A stretch of DNA of 64,000 nucleotides from an uncultured virus (IMG/VR IMGVR_UViG_3300021387_000812). Lineage: Duplodnaviria; Heunggongvirae; Uroviricota; Caudoviricetes. The stretch lies in the IMG/VR virus record IMGVR_UViG_3300021387_000812. One strand, written 5' to 3'. Each line of letters begins with the position of its first letter. Position 1 is the first letter of the stretch. Of the stretch, positions 1 to 9,400 are shown in pieces. The position numbers were made by a program, and so were the translations under genes. The notes beneath the pieces are model-generated. The model ran no database searches and was not told where the DNA came from. It was given only the letters and a program-made list of their open reading frames with translations.

Positions 1-83
1 GGTTGGCAACCTTGAGTACCTTGCATGGCGATACAGTCGCTCCTCCTTTCAATGCTGACAGGGTTGGGGAGCCCTGTTGGCAG

Positions 84-118
84 CAGGCACATGTCGATTG
101 GCATGTGCCTGTTTTTTA
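84..118 (+). terminator. Probable intrinsic terminator
   Basis: CAGGCACATGTC/GGCATGTGCCTG stem followed by a T-tract. Confidence 0.6.
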
Positions 119-460
119 CTCTTCTCAGGAGGATTCTGCAGAACAACGTAATTTGCAGTGAAAAAATTACAGATTAGCCGTTTTAATATTCGGGCGGACA
201 AACTCTCATCCAAACGCCTGGACGAGCTGATTTGTTATTTTTTTCAGACAAATAACTGTAGCCCGAAACAAACATGACTGCCGCAACAGTATGCACAGCC
301 GGAAAACAATTCGAAACCCAAACAGGATACCTTGTCAGGCACAGGTTCTAATCTTAGCTCTGCGGCCGACGGCTTGCGCCTGCTTGATATGTATGAAGGT
401 TACAAGCCTTCGAACTCTTTGAATCAAAAAACTTTTTTATTTTGAAAGGAGAACCCTATT

Positions 461-778
461 ATGACCATCGTGAATGTTGGAGAATTTATGGTAATGGCGA
501 AGGTCCAGAAGTCTATGCCTACTCTCTCTATGCTTGCTGGTAAATATCGTGATGGCGTGACCGACAAACAAAAGTCTTTCCTGCGTACCCTTGGTATCGG
601 AACCTCACAGATCAAATACAAGGGCCAGGCGTCCTTCGTGCTGGAAATCGCCCTGGACCGCAAGAACCGTGGACTGGCGACGCCCGGTCAGATGAGAGCT
701 CTGAAAGAGCATGGCCTGGATGACGTGCATAACATTACCTTCCGTCAGGCGGTCCAAATCCTTGGGACCGCAGAATAA
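461..778 (+). CDS. Hypothetical protein resembling the C-terminal domain of phage SF2 helicases
   Basis: AAGGAG RBS; TDKQ..FL..LGI and LATPGQ motifs. Confidence 0.55.
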   Translation: MTIVNVGEFMVMAKVQKSMPTLSMLAGKYRDGVTDKQKSFLRTLGIGTSQIKYKGQASFVLEIALDRKNRGLATPGQMRALKEHGLDDVHNITFRQAVQILGTAE

Positions 779-788
779 GGAGGACAAC

Positions 789-1235
789 ATGGGTATCAAA
801 GTAACGATTATTACCGACGGAGCCTGCAGTGGTAATCCTGGCCCGGGAGGTTTTGCCGCGATTGTAAGGTGCGGCCATCGGGAACTTGAAGTAATGGGGT
901 ACAATCCCAACACCACAAACAACCGAATGGAACTCACTGCGGTGGTTGCCGCAATGTCGATTTTGAAGAAGCCGTGTGATATTACGATTAAGACCGACAG
1001 TCAGTACGTGTGCACGGGCATCGCGCTCAAAGGTGAATGGCAGCAGCGCGGATGGAGGACCAAGACTGGCGCTTCGTGCGCAAATAAAGACTTATGGCAG
1101 ATCCTGACCAAGCTCGAGGATGAGCGCGGTCATCATATCGTTTACGAGAAGGTCGCCGGACATGCCGGCATCGAGGACAATGAGCGCTGCGACCAGATGG
1201 CGAAAGCGCAGATTCTGGAGAATAAGGAGAAGTAA
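789..1235 (+). CDS. rnhA: Ribonuclease HI
   Basis: TDGACSGNPGPGG, TTNNRMEL, TDSQY, NKDLW, V.GHAG..NERCD motifs; GGAGGA RBS. Confidence 0.95.
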   Translation: MGIKVTIITDGACSGNPGPGGFAAIVRCGHRELEVMGYNPNTTNNRMELTAVVAAMSILKKPCDITIKTDSQYVCTGIALKGEWQQRGWRTKTGASCANKDLWQILTKLEDERGHHIVYEKVAGHAGIEDNERCDQMAKAQILENKEK

Positions 1236-1236
1236 T

Positions 1237-1374
1237 ATGCCTACTTACGAATATGATCCCGCCTTTGAGCCGGATGATGAATACTGGGACAAGCTGTACG
1301 AAGAGAAGATGGATGAGACCGCCTGGCTCGATAAGAGCATGAGCGGCTTCTTTGATTGGTCGGAGGCGAAGTAA
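1237..1374 (+). CDS. Small acidic hypothetical protein
   Basis: AAGGAG RBS; tightly packed with neighbours. Confidence 0.55.
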   Translation: MPTYEYDPAFEPDDEYWDKLYEEKMDETAWLDKSMSGFFDWSEAK

Positions 1375-1563
1375 ATGTATAACGTATGCTTCGTTCTGTC
1401 AGACGGCAACAAGGGCATCACCATGTATGGTGGTGCTCCTGCTGTTTTCATAACCCAGGAGAGTGCCTGGGAGTTTGTTAACCAAACAATGTCCATGACG
1501 GACCACCCTGCATTGATGTGGGTGCGGAAGGTGGTGACTCCGGATGCCGACATGGCAACCTGA
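1375..1563 (+). CDS. Hypothetical protein
   Basis: GGAGG RBS; abuts previous stop. Confidence 0.6.
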   Translation: MYNVCFVLSDGNKGITMYGGAPAVFITQESAWEFVNQTMSMTDHPALMWVRKVVTPDADMAT

Positions 1564-1726
1564 TCCGGACACGATGCCCGTGAGGGATGACTATCTGCCC
1601 AAGTATGTAAAGCAATATGACCGTGACTATTTTGGCTTAATCAATGATCTCCCTGACTACGAAGAAGAGGACGAAGAAGATCTCTACGCGGACTGGGACT
1701 GCGACATCGAGGAGGTGTTCGGGTAA
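1544..1726 (+). CDS. Acidic hypothetical protein
   Basis: Operon packing; TAATG overlap with next gene. Confidence 0.5.
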   Translation: MPTWQPDPDTMPVRDDYLPKYVKQYDRDYFGLINDLPDYEEEDEEDLYADWDCDIEEVFG

Positions 1727-2034
1727 TGGAACCCATCTCTCTGATCGTTGCCGCGATTCTGATGTTTGCTGCATTCTTTGCCGGCATTGCGCTGGCAAAC
1801 TGGTATAACGACAAGGCTCAGGCCGCGCTGAGAGAAGCGATCGAGCGGCAGTACCTGCGACTGAGGGCAGGAGCAGATGCGGATGATCCGTGTAAGCCTT
1901 ATGTGTTCACCCAGCAAAATGTAAAACCGGCTGACCCAATCCCAGGATATGGCCCCATCTCTCCGGAGTTCATGGATGAACTGCGGGCGACAGGCAAAGC
2001 CCGTACCCAATTCAACAAGAGCGAAGTCTCTTAA
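1726..2034 (+). CDS. Membrane-anchored hypothetical protein
   Basis: GGAGGTG RBS; N-terminal hydrophobic helix. Confidence 0.7.
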   Translation: MEPISLIVAAILMFAAFFAGIALANWYNDKAQAALREAIERQYLRLRAGADADDPCKPYVFTQQNVKPADPIPGYGPISPEFMDELRATGKARTQFNKSEVS

Positions 2035-2221
2035 AAATCTTCGCCTGGCGGCGAAGTAGAGACTGGTGAAAAAGATCTTAGGATCGGTCTCCAAAAACTC
2101 TATGACCGACATTGCTGTACTCCGGTCGGCTGTAACCCCACAAATCCGGAGCGTTGGCGTGGATGTGCGTTTACTACGTGTAAAACTATTATTAAAGAAT
2201 TAAATTTATGGAGGTATTACT

Positions 2222-2614
2222 ATGAAGATTACGTTTAAGGGTTTTGTTGGCAAGGATGCTACTCTGCGTACCGTGACCGTCGGTGACAGCCAGGTGGCGG
2301 TACTGGACATCTGGGTGGCCGAGAACATCCGTAGCCGCAGCACTGACAACCAGAAGACCCTGTGGCACAAGGTGACCATCTGGCGGAAGTACGCCGAGAC
2401 CATGGCCCAGTACCTGAAGAAGGGCCGCCGCATTGAGGTGGACGGCATGGCGGAAGCCAAGGCTTACACCACCAGTGACGGGCGCATCGTCCCGTATATC
2501 AACGTGCAGGATGCCAGGATTGAGTTCCTGGACAGGCCGCAGGAGCCTGCTGCACCCGAAGTTCCTGCCGAAGAGGAAGACCCGATGCCTGAGGGAAATC
2601 CCTTCGAGGACTAA
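2222..2614 (+). CDS. ssb: Single-stranded DNA-binding protein 1
   Basis: OB-fold motifs (G.VGKDA, W.KVTIW, YLKKG..I.VDG); acidic tail ending NPFED. Confidence 0.88.
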   Translation: MKITFKGFVGKDATLRTVTVGDSQVAVLDIWVAENIRSRSTDNQKTLWHKVTIWRKYAETMAQYLKKGRRIEVDGMAEAKAYTTSDGRIVPYINVQDARIEFLDRPQEPAAPEVPAEEEDPMPEGNPFED

Positions 2615-2623
2615 TGCAAGACT

Positions 2624-2659
2624 GGGTAGCTGACCGTATGGGTTAGCTACCCTTTTTTT
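2624..2659 (+). terminator. Intrinsic terminator
   Basis: GGGTAGCTGACC/GGTTAGCTACCC stem plus T7. Confidence 0.85.
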
Positions 2660-2703
2660 CGAGTGAAAAAATTACAGTATGAAAAAATTAGGGAGGGATC
2701 TAC

Positions 2704-3780
2704 TTGAAGCATGGACGTACCCCGCAGGAGCTGTGGACTGAACTTGCACGCCGCCGCACTGCGAAGCATGACTACCTGGTGAACACCGAACTGCTGACGA
2801 TGGATGCTGATGACGGCGGTGCGATGCTCACAATGATGGACCGGAACAACAATGTTGCCCAGATCCTGGGGATCAATGAGATTGCCCACAACCAGATCGG
2901 ACAGTCTCTTGGCATCCCTAGTCGCTACTACGACAAGATGCGGCATGAGAACCCGGCGCTGCTGGCTGAGAACGTGAATGCCTGGTTTAACACCGATCCA
3001 AAGAATCGTATGGTGCGGACCCTGGATGGAGTAGCTCGTGCGTTCTTGAGTGACAGCTACCGCCGCATCGACAATGAACAGATCGTTGAGACGGTCATGC
3101 CTATCATCGCTCAGATTGACGGTGCGGAGATCGCATCCTGTGAGGTGACTGACGAGCGACTGTATATCAAGGTTGTGAACCCGCGACTGGAACGTGAAGT
3201 CTCTGTAGGGGACGTTGTTCAGTCGGGCGTGATGATTACCAACTCCGAGGTTGGACTGGGCAGCATGACAATCCAGCCGCTGATCTATCGTCTGGTGTGC
3301 ACCAACGGTATGATTGTCCCGGATGCCAGGCTGCGCAAGTATCACGCCGGCCGCAGAGTGGAAGCCAACGAAGACTTTACAATCTACGCAGATGATACCC
3401 TTCTCGCCGATGATAAAGCCCTGATGCTGAAGGTGCGGGACACCGTTGCTTCTGTGGTGGATGAAGTCCGCTTCGGCAAGCTGGTGGACATGATGAAGGG
3501 TGCAAAAGAAGCAAAGATCACCAGCACCAACATCCCGCAGATGGTTGAACTCGCAGGACCTGACTTCGGCTACACGAAGAAGGAGGGTGAGGGAATCCTG
3601 GATTATCTGATCCGTGGTGGGGATCTGTCCCTGTACGGATTCGGTAACGCAGTGACTCGCTACGCCCAAGACGTGGACTCCTATGACAGGTCGACTGCGC
3701 TGGAGACAATCGGCTATCAGGTGATGACAATGCCTGCCCGTAAATGGAACCATCTGAACACAGTGGAAACTGTGGCCTAA
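2704..3780 (+). CDS. DUF932-like phage protein
   Basis: RAFLSDSY..IDN, NSEVG.GS, RLVCTNGM motifs. Confidence 0.8.
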   Translation: MKHGRTPQELWTELARRRTAKHDYLVNTELLTMDADDGGAMLTMMDRNNNVAQILGINEIAHNQIGQSLGIPSRYYDKMRHENPALLAENVNAWFNTDPKNRMVRTLDGVARAFLSDSYRRIDNEQIVETVMPIIAQIDGAEIASCEVTDERLYIKVVNPRLEREVSVGDVVQSGVMITNSEVGLGSMTIQPLIYRLVCTNGMIVPDARLRKYHAGRRVEANEDFTIYADDTLLADDKALMLKVRDTVASVVDEVRFGKLVDMMKGAKEAKITSTNIPQMVELAGPDFGYTKKEGEGILDYLIRGGDLSLYGFGNAVTRYAQDVDSYDRSTALETIGYQVMTMPARKWNHLNTVETVA

Positions 3781-3869
3781 TTAAGGTCATCGACCTTACG
3801 CTCGCAAATGACTGATAGCATTTTGTATAACGTTTGTAAGTTTTCGAATAAGAATCCACACTAATCCGT

Positions 3870-3902
3870 GTGGGACATTCGAAAATCAATGTAAAGGGGA
3901 GA
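3870..3902 (+). promoter_or_regulatory. Conserved phage promoter-like motif, copy 1
   Basis: GTGGGACATTCGAAAAT-N5-TAAAGGGGAGA; five intergenic copies in the window. Confidence 0.7.
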
Positions 3903-4189
3903 GACGGATTCTCGACCTGGGGCCGTAAAGGGAGCAATGTCTAAAGTAGTTGACGTAACTGGCGGGGTATGTCCCGTTGGGGCGAAACAGGCATCCCTTT
4001 ATGATGAGCGTGAGGTGTGGCTAACGGATGTCGCACTGCTCCCCCCTTACTTTACTTGTTAAAGTAAGGGGGCGAATGGCGCGGGGGGACACCGGATGTG
4101 CTGCCTTGCAGGTGCTAGCGCATGACAGATACAGTTATTCAAAGAACAAAGTAATCAAAATACCTATCTGAGTCCATAGCGCAGGAATC

Positions 4190-4750
4190 GCGGACGACTG
4201 TACGACTGACGAAGGGAGATGCTCTGGAAAATACTGTTTTATATATATAATATAGTATAAAGAACAGGACTGTGTTTAAAAAACCACAAAATAAAAGAAT
4301 TAAGTCAGATAAATACACAAAACAAAAAACACAGTCTGATTAAGAGACTGTGTTCTTTAAATGACTGTTTGTTGATTATAAGTCTGATATAAGAACTGTG
4401 ACTGGAAGAATGGGTGTAATTTAATAGAGTTAGTGGAAAGAATAGTGTGTTGGGAGAGTACGTAATAAGAATAGTTCTCAATAACAAAAAACAGTCATAA
4501 AAGACTATTAATTCTAAACAACAAAAAACACTCATAAAAACAGTCAGGTAAAAAAAATAGTTCTCCTCAACAAAAACAGTCAGAAGTATTTAAGTCATAA
4601 CCAAACACTAACACTTATAATCCCATTTAAACTCTTAAAGAATACGTATTAAGCAAAATACACCAAGTAACAACACAGAGTAATAAACATTAACGTCTTG
4701 AATAAACAGAGTCTTTTATTTTTATTGCGTAATGAAGATAAAAGACTGTA
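4190..4750. other. AT-rich non-coding region with iterated ACAGTC/GACTGT; candidate replication origin
   Basis: Nine ACAGTC/GACTGT copies in both orientations; imperfect direct repeat 4470-4497/4556-4582. Confidence 0.4.
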
Positions 4751-4820
4751 CCGAATACGAACAGCCACCAAAAAGATTAAAACCAGCCGCCGGGTAAATC
4801 CCAGCCGAAAGGAGAACGAG

Positions 4821-5240
4821 ATGCCTAACACACGCTCGGTTAAAGAAGCTCTAAAATGTTTGTCCGCCGCGAATCGGAACGAAGCCTGCGGTAACTGTGC
4901 ATACTTCAGGCCCTTTACAGACGATCCGGATACGGGTTGGTGCGACAAGCGACAGGTAGCCACCGATGCTCTCAGACTTATCGAACAGCACGATGCGCGA
5001 CTGCTCTCTCTCGAAGAACTCAAAACCTATACAGATCCTGTGTATCTCGAAGAAGATCCCTTCGTAGGCTTCGGCTCGTTCTTCTCGTGGGCTATGTGCA
5101 TCGTAGACAAAAATACTATGTACGCAACTATCCGGAACGGAGTTACACACAACTACGACACTAAGAAGTACGGTAAGACCTGGCGCTGCTGGACAGCTAA
5201 GCCAACCGCAAGTCAACAGCAAACGAAGTGGGAAGAGTGA
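4821..5240 (+). CDS. Hypothetical protein, paralog of cassette-array genes
   Basis: AAGGAG RBS; C-terminal YGKTWRCWTAKPT resembles YGELWRCWTERPT of 59430..59870. Confidence 0.75.
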   Translation: MPNTRSVKEALKCLSAANRNEACGNCAYFRPFTDDPDTGWCDKRQVATDALRLIEQHDARLLSLEELKTYTDPVYLEEDPFVGFGSFFSWAMCIVDKNTMYATIRNGVTHNYDTKKYGKTWRCWTAKPTASQQQTKWEE

Positions 5241-5295
5241 CTGGCCGGCAAAATAACTCCCGGCCGTTATTTTTTTGCGGCCAAAGGAGTCATTT

Positions 5296-6243
5296 ATGCA
5301 AAGATCTTTTAAACCAATCAAATGTAAAGATTGCGGTATTCCGATTATTCGGACAAATAGCAGCCAAATCAGATGCCCAGAATGTCAAAAAAAATATCGA
5401 AACACAAAAAAAAGAGAATATAAAATAATAAACAAACAGAATTATAAAATACGCAAACAAAAAGACTGGAACACTATATTCTTACACGACACCAATGAAA
5501 CAGACTTGCCTACATCAAACAATAACTCTAAAATCAATTTAGACGATATCCAAGAACCTTTACCTAACAACAAATTCAATCATTTAACTATCATAGGATA
5601 TGAAGGTAAAACAAACCGCGGAACTGAAAAATGGAAATGTAGATGTGACTGCGGTAACGAAATCGTTCTAAGTCGGAACGACATAATATCAGGCAAAAGG
5701 AAAAGCTGTGGGTGCGGATTGTTTAACTACGAAGACTTAACAGGCAAAATTTTCGGGTATCTTGAAGTTGTTAAGCTTTCCGACAAAAAGAATAAATATC
5801 AACAACGGCTATGGCAATGCCGTTGTTCTTGCGGGAAAACTGTTTACGCAGTAGGAAGTTGGTTAAGAGCGGGAAACATAAAAAGTTGTGGACATGTTAC
5901 ATCTCTTGGAGAAGCTAAAATACAAAGCATCCTGGATAACCGAAAAATTCAATACAAGAAGCAGTTTATCTTCAAGGATTTGAAAAGCTCCAAAGGCGGA
6001 TGTTTGAAATTCGATTTTGCTATTCTCTCATCAGATGGAAGCATTAAATGCCTAATAGAATATCAAGGCATTCAACATTTTCAGGCCAAAAATAATTTTG
6101 GAAAACTTCAAAGAGACGAAACCGATTCATTAAAACGAAACTACTGTAAACAACACGGCATCAGATTATATGAAATTCGGTATGATGAAGATATAAATTA
6201 CGAGTTAGAGTTGATCTTACTAGCAACAAAAGCAGCAGCATAA
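5296..6243 (+). CDS. Free-standing putative homing endonuclease (Cys-repeat DNA-binding modules plus Vsr/DUF559-like nuclease)
   Basis: W.C.C.CG...KSCG repeats; FDF..IEYQGIQH..D..K..YC nuclease motif; low GC; paralog of the intron ORF. Confidence 0.75.
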   Translation: MQRSFKPIKCKDCGIPIIRTNSSQIRCPECQKKYRNTKKREYKIINKQNYKIRKQKDWNTIFLHDTNETDLPTSNNNSKINLDDIQEPLPNNKFNHLTIIGYEGKTNRGTEKWKCRCDCGNEIVLSRNDIISGKRKSCGCGLFNYEDLTGKIFGYLEVVKLSDKKNKYQQRLWQCRCSCGKTVYAVGSWLRAGNIKSCGHVTSLGEAKIQSILDNRKIQYKKQFIFKDLKSSKGGCLKFDFAILSSDGSIKCLIEYQGIQHFQAKNNFGKLQRDETDSLKRNYCKQHGIRLYEIRYDEDINYELELILLATKAAA

Positions 6244-6246
6244 AAT

Positions 6247-6279
6247 GCGGGTCATTCGAAAATACACGTAATGGAGAGA
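6247..6279 (+). promoter_or_regulatory. Conserved promoter-like motif, copy 2
   Basis: GCGGGTCATTCGAAAAT-acacg-TAATGGAGAGA. Confidence 0.7.
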
Positions 6280-6311
6280 GAACTCTCCGAATCTAAAACA
6301 GGAGAACACCT

Positions 6312-6584
6312 ATGGAAACATGTTTTAACTATTGCGATCAAGCTGCAGGATTCTTCTCCAGCGACGAACGCAAATGGATTAACAAAGTCCGCAAGCTAAA
6401 AGAAGAACATCCCGACGAAGTAGAGATTATAAAACAGCCCGAAGACAACGATGGATGCATTTATGCAAAGATACCGACTGCCTGGTTTAAGCTCCGGCCG
6501 CCGGTAAAGCGTGACTACACCGAAGAACAGCTTCAGGAAATGCGGGAGCGAATGAAAACACTCGCAGCCGCCCGGAAAGAGTAA
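6312..6584 (+). CDS. Conserved phage hypothetical protein
   Basis: AGGAG RBS; directly downstream of the promoter motif. Confidence 0.8.
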   Translation: METCFNYCDQAAGFFSSDERKWINKVRKLKEEHPDEVEIIKQPEDNDGCIYAKIPTAWFKLRPPVKRDYTEEQLQEMRERMKTLAAARKE

Positions 6585-6757
6585 CTCTCTACGCAAATCT
6601 CTCCAGAATCTCAACAACTTGTCGTAAAACTTTTTACGATTACGCGCTCGGTGACTGGAAACGGATATTTATCCGTCCAGATTCTCAGAACGCTATTTTG
6701 TTCGATTTTTGCCAGATATTCTCGTTGTTCTCACAAACACTTCTAACATGGATAACT

Positions 6758-6790
6758 GCGGGACATTCGAAAATCGGTATAATGGAGAGA
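6758..6790 (+). promoter_or_regulatory. Conserved promoter-like motif, copy 3
   Basis: GCGGGACATTCGAAAAT-cggta-TAATGGAGAGA, contains TATAAT. Confidence 0.7.
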
Positions 6791-7029
6791 CTGAAATTCG
6801 GTTACCGCACAGTGCGATAAAGGTACTGTGTCGTAATAGTGCTGTGCCGCCAACCCGAAAGAACAGGACGCAACGTTACACTCAGATCAAAAATAATATT
6901 GCATCCTGATTTCTCACCGTCTCTTTCGGTTAAAAAGGCTTAATAGCGGACTGGCCATCTTTGCTGCAGCACACTAACTTCATATCTGCGGTCACAAAAC
7001 CATCTTCTTGCAAAAAGGTTCGCGAATAC

Positions 7030-7170
7030 TTCTGAGTAGTGACCGCAAAGCAAGCTCCCGTCCCGAGAGACGGCCGGTGCAAGTCCGGATATCTCAGCCG
7101 AGTCCTTCTGGATTGGAAGGCGGCTGGGTATATGCCCGTAAGAGTATAGCGGTGCAACTCCGTAAACGGG
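7030..7170 (+). ncRNA. Two T-loop-containing structured RNAs (tRNA-like remnants)
   Basis: CCGG-TGCAAGT-CCGG and GCGG-TGCAACT-CCGT T-arm-like hairpins; closing stems CTGAG/CTCAG and GCCCGT/ACGGGC. Confidence 0.35.
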
Positions 7171-7468
7171 CAAACCACATAAAATGTTAACAATCGCAGA
7201 TTACTGCGTTTATACAGAGAAGCTGAAGCTTAACACACCGTGACTGGACAGTTCGTCAGGCATACCTGCATGACGTTAAAACATCACCTCCTTTCGCAAT
7301 AAGGGACAACCCGTGTTAGGTTAAGCTGATCCCGGTCTCCGCTGGTACACATCCGCATCCGTCTCTGTGCGGCTCCTTTGGGGTAGTGCAGTCCAGTTGC
7401 TCTCCGGGATCTGTAAAAAGTATTCTACCGGCCGGTTACTTAACGGCGGCCGGAAACAATAATGAAAG

Positions 7469-7702
7469 GTGATTTGTATGAATGACATTTGGCATAACTA
7501 CCCGGAACAAAAGCCAGACAGGCTTGTTTCATGCTTTGTGCTCACGACAGACAACCTAACGCAGGCATTCGTTGGTTACTACTTGGATGGAGACTTTTAC
7601 CACCTGAAGTACGATGCAACTGTTGGAACACTGCGGAAAGCAGTAATCAGTAATGTATTTGCGTATGCAAATATTTGTTATGTTGATTACCCTGTGTTGT
7701 GA
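7469..7702 (+). CDS. Hypothetical protein
   Basis: ORF with AAAGGTG RBS; operon packing. Confidence 0.6.
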   Translation: MICMNDIWHNYPEQKPDRLVSCFVLTTDNLTQAFVGYYLDGDFYHLKYDATVGTLRKAVISNVFAYANICYVDYPVL

Positions 7703-7718
7703 TTAAAGGAGAGAGATT

Positions 7719-7934
7719 ATGGAAATTAAAGTAATCAGTGTTGCCGAAAAGAATCAAATGATTATTGACAGGATCGATAATATTTCCCGCAGCCTGGAAT
7801 CTCTTAAATCCAGAGTAACAAAATTCCCGTCGCAAAATACTCCGAGCACACTGCCGCTTTTACGTGGTATGATCCTTAATCTCGAACGTATCAACAAAGA
7901 TCTTGATAACACCAGTAGAATAGGGATCATTTAA
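7719..7934 (+). CDS. Hypothetical protein
   Basis: AAGGAG RBS. Confidence 0.65.
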   Translation: MEIKVISVAEKNQMIIDRIDNISRSLESLKSRVTKFPSQNTPSTLPLLRGMILNLERINKDLDNTSRIGII

Positions 7935-7946
7935 AGGAGTGACTGG

Positions 7947-8162
7947 ATGAAAACAGAGAGATCATTGTGGCTCTCCATAAACAATAACGATCTGCTACCA
8001 GTAGATAAAAACTTCTCCAAGACCTACTACCTGGCTTATAAATCCAATAGCGGCCGGTGGATATTCACAGAACGTGGACCTGTAGACAGACTGCGTGTGG
8101 AACAAAACTTCAAAGCGAACGTCTGGGCTGAGATTGACTGGCCCAAGCCGCCAAAAGAATAA
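7947..8162 (+). CDS. Hypothetical protein
   Basis: AAGGAG RBS. Confidence 0.65.
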   Translation: MKTERSLWLSINNNDLLPVDKNFSKTYYLAYKSNSGRWIFTERGPVDRLRVEQNFKANVWAEIDWPKPPKE

Positions 8163-8219
8163 TCTGCCGCTGGCGCGGCAGGCGAGACTCTGCTACCAAC
8201 TACCGAAAGGAGTGCACTG

Positions 8220-8690
8220 ATGCTTCACTATGTGACTGGTGACTTACTGGACCCAAAGTTTACAATCTTCTGCCACCAAGTTAATTGTCAGGGAGTAATG
8301 GGCGGCGGAGTAGCAAAACAAATCAAAGACAAATACCCTAATGTGTTCACTGCTTATCAAACCAGATGCAGAATCCAAAAAGAGAATAACAAACCACTTC
8401 TTGGTAAAGTGCAGTGGGTAAAAACTCCTGATGGCCGGCTATGTGCTAACATGTTTGCACAAGATAGATACGGCCGCGATAAGTGTTACACAGATTATTC
8501 TGCTTTTCATGTTTGTTTGATCAATATTATTCGCACGATAGAAGAATATGATATGCCGACTGGAGTTATCGCATTTCCATACAAGATTGGTTGCGGACTG
8601 GCTGGCGGTGACTGGAATGTAATCCTTCCAATGATTGAAGAATTTGCAAAGAGAATACCTATGGATGTTTATATTGTTGAGAAGGAGTAA
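8220..8690 (+). CDS. Macrodomain (Appr-1-p/DarG-like ADP-ribosyl hydrolase)
   Basis: GDLL, HQVNCQGVMGGGVA, IAFPYKIGCGLAGGDW motifs. Confidence 0.9.
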   Translation: MLHYVTGDLLDPKFTIFCHQVNCQGVMGGGVAKQIKDKYPNVFTAYQTRCRIQKENNKPLLGKVQWVKTPDGRLCANMFAQDRYGRDKCYTDYSAFHVCLINIIRTIEEYDMPTGVIAFPYKIGCGLAGGDWNVILPMIEEFAKRIPMDVYIVEKE

Positions 8691-8892
8691 TTAAATAGGA
8701 CAGTAACACCAATGCCGAGGGGTGTCTGATGGAAGTAAGAGGAGGGGCTGGAGTGGTCAGAGCATTATCCAGCGGGTAGGCATTGATGTACTCTAAATAA
8801 CTGTCTGGAGCGTGATTGAGATACTGCTTGAATGGTTTTAGCGGAAGCTTCCATTCTTGCAGATTTATATTGTTGAGAAGGAGTGATTAAAT
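8668..8892 (+). repeat. 29-bp direct repeat flanking a 167-bp non-coding insert
   Basis: TTTATATTGTTGAGAAGGAGTRATTAAAT at 8668-8696 and 8864-8892. Confidence 0.85.
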
Positions 8893-9400
8893 GTCTGTTT
8901 ATGCAAGCGGATCGATTGAAGTAATCCTAAAAGCACCTGTTCCAACTGAAGAACTCAGTGAAGCACGGGGTGTTGCATATGTTTATACCAAAGGAAAAAA
9001 GCTCAATATCAACTTTGATGGTAACTGGTACTTTGATGACGTAATCGATTTGATAAAACCATTGAATAAATATATAAAATCTGGATCAATTTCATACCAG
9101 TCTTACGAAAATGATGAAAACGCAAGAGCGACATTTGTTAACGGCGACTGGAAAGAAGAATGGGAGCAGACTTATTATGAGTCAGACCTTCCAAACATTG
9201 ACGTCAGTTCTACAAAACGAGTGAGCGAGATTCTCAATGCTATTGCCGATGACTACGCATATTGCACCGGCGTCAGTGAAACAAAAGAGATGTTTGAGAA
9301 ATTTGGGTTAACCGAAGAAGAGTTTAAACTTTATGGACTGGACTGGCTGACGCCGGAAGGAGTTAACGATGGCAAAGAAGTATCAGGTTCTCCAGATTGA
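8891..9400 (+). CDS. Hypothetical protein (paralog of 38138..38596)
   Basis: Shared F..G.W.EE....YES.LP motif. Confidence 0.75.
   Translation: MSVYASGSIEVILKAPVPTEELSEARGVAYVYTKGKKLNINFDGNWYFDDVIDLIKPLNKYIKSGSISYQSYENDENARATFVNGDWKEEWEQTYYESDLPNIDVSSTKRVSEILNAIADDYAYCTGVSETKEMFEKFGLTEEEFKLYGLDWLTPEGVNDGKEVSGSPD

Noticed and set aside
2647..3753. Long minus-strand ORFs (also 11523..12380, 19519..20550, 27977..29026, 52509..53258)
   Set aside because: Antisense shadows of well-supported + strand genes, with no recognisable motifs.
5296..6243. Second group I intron around this endonuclease
   Set aside because: Flanking genes look complete and no P7-type elements were found.
7283..7295. 16S rRNA fragment
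   Set aside because: Only 13 nt match; flanks are not rRNA.
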